Notes: a model not told the origin generated them from the letters alone. A stretch of DNA of 11,148 bases from Candidatus Jordarchaeales archaeon (GCA_038858525.1 JAWCFL010000051.1:1-11148); one strand, 5' to 3'; numbered from the stretch's first letter, positions 1 through 6,939 are shown. Made by a program: numbers and translations.

Positions 1-2
1 AA

Positions 3-38
3 AAAATACTCCACTACTGCAAGTCTAAAATCGCTTGA
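3..38 (+). CDS. 3' end of an upstream gene running in from the left edge (KILHYCKSKIA*), possibly a HEPN toxin partner of the MNT
   Basis: Open frame from 3 to TGA 36-38; amphipathic helix-like end. The HEPN call rests only on adjacency to an MNT gene; 11 residues are too few to identify. Confidence 0.25.
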   Translation, partial: KILHYCKSKIA

Positions 39-93
39 AAAGCATGTTGAGAGCATCGAGGAATTCCTTAGGAGGGTAGATGAGGAGTACGGT

Positions 94-450
94 TTGAGGG
101 TTGCGGTGGTTTTTGGAAGCCATGCAAGAGGGGACGCTACACAGCTTAGCGACGTCGACATGATCCTCGTGTGCAGAAAGCTACCTGACGGGTGGCTTGA
201 ACGGTTGAAATCCGTAGGCCAATACGCTAAGTTCCCCATTCAAGCCCTAGCTTACACCGTGGAGGAACTGGAGGAAGCCGTTAGGAGGCCTTGCTTCGCC
301 ATCCTAGACGCCATACTTGAAGGAGTCCCTTTAGTGGACGATGGAACATGGGAGAAAGTTAAGCGGGTCTACAGCGAAATCAAAGAAAAATACAGCCTAA
401 GAAAAGAGGGAAGAAAATGGCGCTTCAACCCTAAAGCATTACCCTACTAA
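94..450 (+). CDS. Minimal nucleotidyltransferase (MNT, Pol beta superfamily), likely antitoxin of a HEPN-MNT module
   Basis: Motif FGSHARGDATQLSDVDMILV (GS-x10-DxD), ~120 aa. TTG 94 has GAGGAG 6 nt upstream, but the frame is open back to base 1, so the true start may be earlier. Confidence 0.85.
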   Translation: MRVAVVFGSHARGDATQLSDVDMILVCRKLPDGWLERLKSVGQYAKFPIQALAYTVEELEEAVRRPCFAILDAILEGVPLVDDGTWEKVKRVYSEIKEKYSLRKEGRKWRFNPKALPY

Positions 451-471
451 ACGGCAATTGGTAGGGGCATA

Positions 472-1008
472 TTAGGCATTTGCGTTTAGCAGTCTTCTTC
501 CTTCTTCCTCACCGAAAAGTTTGGCAGCAAGTTCTTTGGCTATTTCCATCGGTTCTCGGGGTTTTACGCTATACTTGTCTTTTTCTTCCCTTTGAATAAT
601 CTTTAGGGCGTTCCATCCACCTTCGCTACAAGCCTTCACGCATAAGGGTTCTCCTCCGCAGAGGTCACATATGATTGCCCTCCGCGTTACAGGGTGGAGG
701 TGTGGTATTGAGCCCGGGCACGCCTCTATGCATCCTCCACAACCTGTGCACTCTTCACTGACGATTATGGCGCCTGTCTTTTCGTCCACGTTTAGCGCCT
801 TAGCTGGACACGTGTCGACGCACGGGTGCTCGTCGCACTGAACACAGACGTGTGGAACCTCGACTCCCGGGGACGGAGCGAAAACCCTTATCCTTGATGC
901 CTCAGGCCATATTCGTCCTTCGTGGTGAATGGAGCAGACCACTTCGCAGCGCCTACATCCACTGCACCTGAAATAGTCAACTGCTATCACGATTCTCCCG
1001 GCACTCAC
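472..1008 (-). CDS. 4x[4Fe-4S] ferredoxin-like electron transfer subunit (DmsB/HycB/CooF type)
   Basis: 16 Cys in four groups: CSGCRRCEVVC, CVQCDEHPCVDTC, CTGCGGCIEAC, CDLCGGEPLCVKAC. Start is GTG 1008 (GGAG upstream) or TTG 1023. Confidence 0.9.
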   Translation of the reverse strand: MSAGRIVIAVDYFRCSGCRRCEVVCSIHHEGRIWPEASRIRVFAPSPGVEVPHVCVQCDEHPCVDTCPAKALNVDEKTGAIIVSEECTGCGGCIEACPGSIPHLHPVTRRAIICDLCGGEPLCVKACSEGGWNALKIIQREEKDKYSVKPREPMEIAKELAAKLFGEEEGRRLLNANA

Positions 1009-1115
1009 GATTCCACTCTCCAAAGCAGTGTTAAGCAGAAAAACTTCACTATTACTGTTAAATTAAACATGCCGAATAGAAACAACGCTTTTTTACCGGT
1101 TTTTATATGATAAGT

Positions 1116-1155
1116 AATACAAAAAACTTATTATTCGTGTTACAAAATTTGTATT
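1116..1155 (+). promoter_or_regulatory. vapBC promoter with probable antitoxin operator
   Basis: AAAAAAC-TTATTAT BRE/TATA-like at 1121-1134. Inverted repeat TACAAA-A-TTTGTA at 1141-1153 between TATA and start; a third half-site AATACAAA at 1116-1123. GGAGA RBS at 1158-1162. Confidence 0.55.
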
Positions 1156-1166
1156 GCGGAGATTCC

Positions 1167-1418
1167 ATGTCGCGTCGAGGTGTTCGATTGAGCGTGACCG
1201 TTTCCTTCAGGATTCCGAGGGAGTTAAAGGAGAGAATGGACGTCTTTAAGGGTGAGGTCAACTGGAGCGATGAGGTCAGGAAGTTCGTGGAGGCCAAGGT
1301 CGCAGAGTTGGAGAAGAAGCGGTTGTTGGAGAAAATAGACAAAATACTTGAGGATTTACCTGAGCTTCCGCAGGGAACAGTGGTTAAGCTCCTGAGGGAA
1401 GACCGTGATAGCCATTGA
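1167..1418 (+). CDS. vapB: VapB-type antitoxin with N-terminal ribbon-helix-helix (CopG-like) domain, 83 aa
   Basis: SVTVSFRIPRELKERMD...VNWSDEVRKFVE is an RHH pattern; C-terminal REDRDSH tail; overlaps the PIN gene by 14 nt. ATG 1167 has an RBS; the track start at 1107 runs through the promoter. Confidence 0.8.
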   Translation: MSRRGVRLSVTVSFRIPRELKERMDVFKGEVNWSDEVRKFVEAKVAELEKKRLLEKIDKILEDLPELPQGTVVKLLREDRDSH

Positions 1419-1818
1419 CGCCTCCTCTCTAGCAAAGTTTCTCCTCAAGGAAAAGGGATGGAGTAACGTAAGAAGTCTCTTGGAAACCAGAAGCCCCCTC
1501 TACTCGGTGGACCTCATAGTAAAAGAGGTTTCCAATGTGCTGTGGAAGCATGCTAAAGTGACGAAAGTCATTGACGAGGCGCGTGCACACTTACTGTTCA
1601 AGGCTTTAATGGAACTCGTGAAAGGAGAAGTCATCGTGCTGGAGCCTGAAGTAAATTACTTGGAGAGAGCATACGTGATATCCTTAACAGAGAACGTGGC
1701 TGTCTACGACTCCCTCTACATAGCTCTAGCCGAAAAGCTGGGGGAACTTGCAACCAGCGACAGGGTGCAGGCGGGCATCGCGGCAAAACACGGCGTCAAA
1801 ACCCTTTTCATACCGTGA
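1405..1818 (+). CDS. vapC: VapC PIN-domain ribonuclease toxin
   Basis: IAIDASSL (Asp1), KEVSNVLW (Glu), VYDSLYIALAE (Asp) and LATSD (Asp): full PIN acidic tetrad; 137 aa directly after the RHH antitoxin. Confidence 0.9.
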   Translation: MIAIDASSLAKFLLKEKGWSNVRSLLETRSPLYSVDLIVKEVSNVLWKHAKVTKVIDEARAHLLFKALMELVKGEVIVLEPEVNYLERAYVISLTENVAVYDSLYIALAEKLGELATSDRVQAGIAAKHGVKTLFIP

Positions 1819-1899
1819 AGATCGGTCTCCTCGAAAAGAGGAAGCTCAGCGCCGGGTAAATCTTATGCGCCCTTCCCCTCCGAATAAAAATAACCGTTT

Positions 1900-1939
1900 A
1901 AAGAAAAATAAAGATGAAAAGATAAAAAAAAGATAAAAA
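1900..1939. repeat. Low-complexity purine tract with degenerate AAAGA(T)AAAA units
   Basis: AAAGATAAAAA at 1918-1928 and 1929-1939, with weaker copies at 1900 and 1910; reads as a T-rich tract on the minus strand. Confidence 0.45.
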
Positions 1940-1996
1940 TTTGTTAACCAAGATTTTTAATTGAAATGAATGCTGATTTTATTTTGGAGGGATACT

Positions 1997-2602
1997 TTGC
2001 CCAAGATTTTTCGTAGAGTCACCATTGCTTTAGATGACTTCGACCTGAAATTGATTGATTACTTGAGGAAGGTAACTGAGGGAAGTGTAAGCCAGGTTCT
2101 TAGGGATGCTCTCCGCTTTTACTATAACTTGGTTAAGGCGGCTGAAAAATCCGGGATAGGTGACTACAAGAAGTACTTTAGTGATATTGATAGGCTCGCT
2201 CTACACATTCACGGTGTTGAGGAGAGGCAGTTCGCGGTGATAGACAGGGAGCTTTACAGGGTTCTCGTCAAGAAGCTTCAGGAGAAAATCGACCCAGACG
2301 AGCTTGAGAAGGACAAGGAGTTTCTGACGGCGATCCAGAGCACGGCTCGCCTTTTTAAGTATGCTTACCACTGGGAGGACAATGAAAGCCCGGTTAAGAA
2401 GACCCAGGACGTCCTCTGGATGCTGGACTTTGCAGGGGCCGGAACCGTAACCAAAGTGGGGTCGTCGGACTTCGTCTTACAGACACCGCCCGAAATACTT
2501 GTCATAACGAAGCTCATAGTGAAATGCATATTCGAAGCTTTGGGCATAGATGTCACCATAGAGTCCACAACCGAGAAACTCTTCATAAAAGTTAGAAACT
2601 GA
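1997..2602 (+). CDS. CopG/ribbon-helix-helix transcriptional regulator with ~150 aa C-terminal putative sensor domain, 201 aa
   Basis: RRVTIALDDFDLKLIDYLRKVTEGSVSQVLRDALRFY is strand-helix-helix RHH. TTG 1997 is preceded by GGAGG at 1986-1990 (6 nt spacer). Confidence 0.75.
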   Translation: MPKIFRRVTIALDDFDLKLIDYLRKVTEGSVSQVLRDALRFYYNLVKAAEKSGIGDYKKYFSDIDRLALHIHGVEERQFAVIDRELYRVLVKKLQEKIDPDELEKDKEFLTAIQSTARLFKYAYHWEDNESPVKKTQDVLWMLDFAGAGTVTKVGSSDFVLQTPPEILVITKLIVKCIFEALGIDVTIESTTEKLFIKVRN

Positions 2603-2668
2603 CCTTTTTTATGAACTACTTCATAAATACATTTTAATCTTTAATCTCTTTATATTACCTTCGGGTGA
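2582..2668 (+). promoter_or_regulatory. Promoter/operator of the methyltransferase operon
   Basis: TTTATGAA-CTAC-TTCATAAA at 2608-2627 plus extra half-site TTCATAAAA at 2582-2590. TATA candidates TTTTAATC 2632-2639 and TTTATATT 2649-2656; RBS GGGTGA 2663-2668. Confidence 0.6.
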
Positions 2669-2674
2669 TTGAGG

Positions 2675-3307
2675 ATGGCGGGCGAGGAGTTTGTTAAGGC
2701 GTTAGCCGACCTTGACGAGGCAAGGGTTCTCGAGCTAACAAGAAAACGGGTCGATGCTAAGGAAGACCCATTCACCATTCTTGATGACGTTAGGAAGGCG
2801 ACGGACATTATAGGAAAGAGGTTCGAGGAAGGGCGCTACTTCGTCTCTGACCTCATAATGGCGGGCGAGATCCTCAAGCAGGTCATGGACTTGCTGAGGC
2901 CCGTCATGGGCAAAAAGAAAGGCGTGAGCAAGGGTAAGGTGGTCGTGGGGACTGTTGAGGGCGACGTCCACGACATAGGGTTGAGCATAGTCACAGCCCT
3001 CCTCGAAGCTGAGGGATTCGAAGTAGTTAACCTCGGAGTCGACCAGCCTCCAAAGGCGTTCGTTGAAGCGATAAGGAATCATAAACCCAAAGTAGTCGGA
3101 CTGAGCGGCCTACTAACGGAAGCCATAGAATCAATGAAGAAGACTATTGAGGAGATTAAGGCTGCCGGGCTGAGGGACAAGGTAAAGGTGATTATCGGTG
3201 GGGGAAGAACGAGCGAGGAGGTCAAGGAGTACACTGGAGCCGACGAGTGGGCTGACGACGCAGCTGTTGGAGTGCGCAAGATAAAGGAGTTGGCGGGGGT
3301 GGCATAG
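2675..3307 (+). CDS. Methyltransferase-associated corrinoid (cobalamin-binding) protein, MtoC/MtvC/MtbC-like, 210 aa
   Basis: N-terminal helical cap (IIGKRFEEGRYFVSDLIMAG), DxHxxG motif GDVHDIG, then LSGLLT and IIGGG of the B12-binding Rossmann domain. ATG 2675 follows the GGGTGA RBS; ends in TAG. Confidence 0.93.
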   Translation: MAGEEFVKALADLDEARVLELTRKRVDAKEDPFTILDDVRKATDIIGKRFEEGRYFVSDLIMAGEILKQVMDLLRPVMGKKKGVSKGKVVVGTVEGDVHDIGLSIVTALLEAEGFEVVNLGVDQPPKAFVEAIRNHKPKVVGLSGLLTEAIESMKKTIEEIKAAGLRDKVKVIIGGGRTSEEVKEYTGADEWADDAAVGVRKIKELAGVA

Positions 3308-4567
3308 GTGGCTGATCCAATGCAACTCTACAAGGAGAGACTTGAAAGAGTTGAAGCGGTGATGAGGGGAAAGGAGCCGGACAGGGTGCCAATATACGCT
3401 GCGACCGCAGTGTGGCATGGGGCATACGCTGGCTACACGACAAGGGAGGTTCTCTTCGACTATGGGAAGTGCAGGGAGGCAGCACTCAAGGTTGCGAGGG
3501 ATTTCGACTTCGACCTGTGGGCTGTGATAGCGGGACTGGAAGGAATGATACTCTGCACCGCCTTCATGGAGAAGCAGCCCGAGGTAGGCGTATCCTCAAG
3601 GTTCCTCGTCGGCAAGTTCCATGAAGTTCTCAGGGACGTTTACACCCGGTGGCCGGGAATTGAGCTAGCTGAGAACGCTCATCCCCAGTTCATAGGGAAA
3701 GAGTTAATGAAGGTCGAGGAGTACGAGCAGCTGGCTGAGAACCCGTTAGACTTCATACACAGAGTCATCCTTCCGAGAATGTGCGAAGGGCTAAGGGACG
3801 TCGGCTCGCCGGAGTACAACGCCACGCTTGCGAAGTTCGGAATGGAAGTTGAGCGCTACACCTCGTTCTTCAACAACCTCATTGTCGGACTGATCGGCCT
3901 CGGCTACCCAGCAATACCAATGTCGTGGTCATACGCTCCACTCGACTTCATCGGCGACTTTCTAAGGGACGTGAAGAATGTTGTGCTCGACCTCTACAGG
4001 CACCCTGACAAGGTAGAGGCGGCTGTCAAAGCGCTGACGCCGGTATTCGTAAAGACCGCCGCGATATCCGGCGCCATACCGCCAGAGGTTAAGAAGCAGC
4101 TTGGGACAGACATAGTCCAGTGCTTCTTCCCACTCCACCTCAACGAGTACCTAAACCCGAAGCTCTACAACGAGTTCTACTGGCCATACCTGAAAAAGGT
4201 CTTCGAGGAAGTTATCAAGATGGGGCAAACACCAGTTGTCCTCTTCGAAGGAAGGCATGACGCCCACCTGGAAACGCTCCGCGAGCTTCCGAAGAAGAAG
4301 GTTGTCGGCGTCTTCGAGAAAACAGATCCAAGAAAGGTCAGAGAAGTGGCAGGAGACCACGTAATACTCGTAAGCGGACCACCGAACGCGTTGCTCATCG
4401 GCGGAACACCGCAGAAGGTCGAGGAGTACATGAAGAAGCTCCTCGAAGACGTGAAGGAAGGCGGATTCATGATATGGCCAGGGGTTGACGGCGGGCTCTC
4501 AAGGGACGTAAAGCCAGAAAACCTGAAAGCAATGGTCGAAGCAATTAAAAAATACGGTAAATACTAA
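3308..4567 (+). CDS. Uroporphyrinogen-decarboxylase-fold methyltransferase; probable substrate-specific methyltransferase I (MtoB/MtvB-like O-demethylase)
   Basis: ERVEAVMRGKEPDRVPI N-terminus, APLDFIGDFLR..LDLYRHPDKV, FFPLH, YNEFYWPYLKKV, LFEG, GGFMI and KPENLKAMVEA C-terminus typical of URO-D family; sits between corrinoid and MtrH/RACE genes. Substrate not readable from sequence. Confidence 0.8.
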   Translation: MADPMQLYKERLERVEAVMRGKEPDRVPIYAATAVWHGAYAGYTTREVLFDYGKCREAALKVARDFDFDLWAVIAGLEGMILCTAFMEKQPEVGVSSRFLVGKFHEVLRDVYTRWPGIELAENAHPQFIGKELMKVEEYEQLAENPLDFIHRVILPRMCEGLRDVGSPEYNATLAKFGMEVERYTSFFNNLIVGLIGLGYPAIPMSWSYAPLDFIGDFLRDVKNVVLDLYRHPDKVEAAVKALTPVFVKTAAISGAIPPEVKKQLGTDIVQCFFPLHLNEYLNPKLYNEFYWPYLKKVFEEVIKMGQTPVVLFEGRHDAHLETLRELPKKKVVGVFEKTDPRKVREVAGDHVILVSGPPNALLIGGTPQKVEEYMKKLLEDVKEGGFMIWPGVDGGLSRDVKPENLKAMVEAIKKYGKY

Positions 4568-4600
4568 ACTTCCCCCTTTTCTCTTAACTTTTTTATCCTT
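4568..4600 (+). terminator. Intra-operon pyrimidine tract (possible partial terminator)
   Basis: ACTTCCCCCTTTTCTCTTAACTTTTTTATCCTT immediately after TAA 4567; archaeal intrinsic terminators are oligo-T/pyrimidine tracts. Confidence 0.4.
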
Positions 4601-4616
4601 AAAGGAGGGTTAAAAA

Positions 4617-6065
4617 ATGAAGGTAGGATTTAGTGCTAGTGGATACCGCAGATGGTTCTACCCGCTGTCCGCATCAATCTTGGCGCTATTTACCGTTGTG
4701 TCCTTCATATGGAGCCAGTTCTACCCTTACATGATGCAGGTCTACGGCTTAAGTGAGGTCGCCCCTATAGCTCTCTCCGCCTCGCTGATGGGGGTTGCCT
4801 TGCTCCTCTTCCAGATTCCGGCGGGCTTCGCCGTAGACCGTGTCGGGCCCAAGATCCCAATGGCTGCGTCGGGCCTCGTCTTCCTAGCTGGCGCGCTCGT
4901 CGTCTCACGTATGTTCACCATTTACTTCTGGGAGGACGCGAAAACCTACTGGTACATTGGCTCATTCCTCATTGGTGCCGGCGTCGCCTTATTTGTAGGA
5001 ACCTTTCCCGGACTCGTTGGCAAGTGGTTCGTTGACCGCCCCGGTAGAGCCTTCGGCGTAACCATTGCGGGGCAAAACCTTTCCCCCGCATTACTGGCTC
5101 CACTCGTAGCGTACATCATATTGTCGAGAAGCGCTTCCGACGCCCCGCTACTAACCCTAAGCGTGGTGGCCTCTTCCACTCTGCCGCAGCAACTTCTCAC
5201 GTTACTCCTATACTATCCCCTTAGGAGAGGGATGGCCGACGCATTCGTGGCGCTAGGAATAATTGTCTTAATTCTAGCTTACGGTGTGGGTGTCGCCTTA
5301 TGGAGGAACCCGCCTGAAGGATGGACCCCTAGTGAGCTCAACAATGCTGGTGAAAGATCAGCTGTCGCCGTTGCAGAAGTTGCTCTTAGAGATGCTGTCA
5401 GAGATAAGCGATTCTGGATCCTATTCGCGATAATGGTGGCGACGGCGATAGGTTGGTTCCTCTTCATACTGAACGTGGCCACAATAATCGTTGAGGGGCT
5501 GACTAGGAGCGTCGGGATTGACGCTAGCCTAGTAAGCTACATGCGCTACTTCACGACGAATGAACTCGTCATCCTCGCAAACTACGTGGTAAGCTATACT
5601 TCAAACACTGTGGTTCCGTTCTTCATGAGCATAACTGCGGTAGCCAACGCGCTCGGAGCGCTAACTTGGGGAAGCCTCAACGACAGGATAGGCGGTCCAC
5701 TCAGAACCTTACCAATAGTCTACACGCTCGCGGGCGTAGCTTGCATGGCGTTCTACCTCGGATACACGAACCTCGCCCTATTATTCGTTCTAGGAGTCGT
5801 GGTATACTTTGCCCTAGGCGGAGAGCCAACGGTTCACTTCGCGGCGGTTCCATCCTTCTTCGGCGGAAAAGCTGCTGGCAGGATAACCGTGATACTCAAC
5901 TCATCGATAGCTCTCTCATCAGTGATAGGCCCCTACATTGGAGCATTTATAAGGGATGTCACCGGAACATATTTTGGCTCAATACTGCTCTTCACAGTGC
6001 TTCATTTAGCTTCAACGCTCATCGTTGTGTTAGGCACAAGAAAACTCCTTAAGAGTGGTGGTTGA
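4617..6065 (+). CDS. MFS transporter, oxalate/formate antiporter (OFA)-like
   Basis: About 12 hydrophobic segments; motif A GFAVDRVGPK and its repeat GSLNDRIGGP; KWFVDRPGRAFG resembles the OFA KWFPD..G motif; RBS GGAGGG 4604-4609. Confidence 0.9.
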   Translation: MKVGFSASGYRRWFYPLSASILALFTVVSFIWSQFYPYMMQVYGLSEVAPIALSASLMGVALLLFQIPAGFAVDRVGPKIPMAASGLVFLAGALVVSRMFTIYFWEDAKTYWYIGSFLIGAGVALFVGTFPGLVGKWFVDRPGRAFGVTIAGQNLSPALLAPLVAYIILSRSASDAPLLTLSVVASSTLPQQLLTLLLYYPLRRGMADAFVALGIIVLILAYGVGVALWRNPPEGWTPSELNNAGERSAVAVAEVALRDAVRDKRFWILFAIMVATAIGWFLFILNVATIIVEGLTRSVGIDASLVSYMRYFTTNELVILANYVVSYTSNTVVPFFMSITAVANALGALTWGSLNDRIGGPLRTLPIVYTLAGVACMAFYLGYTNLALLFVLGVVVYFALGGEPTVHFAAVPSFFGGKAAGRITVILNSSIALSSVIGPYIGAFIRDVTGTYFGSILLFTVLHLASTLIVVLGTRKLLKSGG

Positions 6066-6066
6066 A

Positions 6067-6939
6067 ATGATACGCTTCAAAACCGAGCAAAGGGTGTTCG
6101 AGGTCGCCGGAGTAAAGTTCGGCGGCCAGCCTGGGGAAAACCCCATAGTCCTCGTGGGAAGCATGTTCTACAGCAAGCACAAGATTGTTGAGGACGAGAA
6201 GAAAGGAGCATTCAAGAGGGAGGAGGCAGAGAGACTTGTGAAGGAGATGGAGGAGCTAAGCGACAAGACGGGGCTACCGGGATTGGTGGACGTCGTGGCT
6301 TCAACAGAAGAGGCTGCGAGAAAATACATCGAGTTCGTGGCTGACGCCACAAGTAAGCCTTTTCTCGTCGACTCCCCCACGCTGGAAGTGAAGCTTTACG
6401 CCCCAAGGTTCGCCAGGGAAATAGGAGCAGAGAGGAGGATGATCTATAATTCTCTTTCAGCCGAATCCAAGGACTCCGAGCTTGCCGCGCTGAGAGAGAG
6501 CGGAGTTGAAGCATCTATACTGTTAACTTACACGAGGAACGTGATGAGCAGCAGGGCGAGGGTGGAAGTCCTGGAGAAGCTGCTGCCAAGGGCTGAGGCT
6601 GCTGGCGTCACGAAAAAGCTCGTTGACACCTTTGTTATGGATGTCCCAAGCCTCACCCCTGCAACAATAGCAGCGGTCGAAATAAAGAGGAGGCATGGCC
6701 TGCCCTGTGGCTCCGGAGCCCACAACGCTGTGGCGACGTGGAGCGGCCTGAAGAACCTCCTAGGAAAGGAGGCAGTGAAGTCGGCAGCCATAACTGCGAA
6801 TGTGATGCAGCTCATCCTAGGCTCAAACTTCGTCCTCTACGGGCCAATAGAGGACTGCAAGTTGGTCTTCCCGGCAGTCCACACGATAACCACGTCATTC
6901 AGGTACGCTTACCGAATGAAGGAATTCATAGAGTTCTGA
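6067..6939 (+). CDS. mtrH: MtrH-family methyltransferase (stand-alone; MtoA-like corrinoid:pterin methyltransferase II), 290 aa
   Basis: FKTEQRVFEVAGVKFGGQPGENPIVLVGSMFYSKHKIVED and GSGAHNA...FVLYGPIE are MtrH signatures. ATG 6067 lies 1 nt after the MFS stop; no other Mtr subunits nearby. Confidence 0.88.
   Translation: MIRFKTEQRVFEVAGVKFGGQPGENPIVLVGSMFYSKHKIVEDEKKGAFKREEAERLVKEMEELSDKTGLPGLVDVVASTEEAARKYIEFVADATSKPFLVDSPTLEVKLYAPRFAREIGAERRMIYNSLSAESKDSELAALRESGVEASILLTYTRNVMSSRARVEVLEKLLPRAEAAGVTKKLVDTFVMDVPSLTPATIAAVEIKRRHGLPCGSGAHNAVATWSGLKNLLGKEAVKSAAITANVMQLILGSNFVLYGPIEDCKLVFPAVHTITTSFRYAYRMKEFIEF

Noticed and set aside
988-1013. CACGATTC repeated twice at the ferredoxin 5' end
   Set aside because: An 8-mer encoding the repeated Ile-Val dipeptide (GIV/RIV); likely coding coincidence.
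1107-1166. Longer ORF-track starts for the antitoxin (1107), regulator (1970), corrinoid (2669), MtrH (6055) and DUF2804 (10323)
   Set aside because: Each extension runs through promoter or RBS sequence; downstream starts have well-spaced RBS motifs and match family N-termini.
1828-1842. Hairpin TCCTC-GAAAA-GAGGA after vapC
   Set aside because: Only a 5 bp stem with no following T-tract; too weak to call a terminator.
1900-1939. AAAGATAAAAA units as a CRISPR or mobile-element repeat
   Set aside because: Short, adjacent, low-complexity, with no spacers, cas or transposase genes.
3308-4567. Annotation as true uroporphyrinogen decarboxylase (HemE)
   Set aside because: Lacks the HemE N-terminal W(F/L)MRQAGRY motif, and its context is corrinoid methyl transfer.
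6067-6939. MtrH as evidence of methanogenesis or a sodium-pumping Mtr complex
   Set aside because: No mtrA-G or mcr genes in the window; stand-alone MtrH homologs are soluble methyltransferases.
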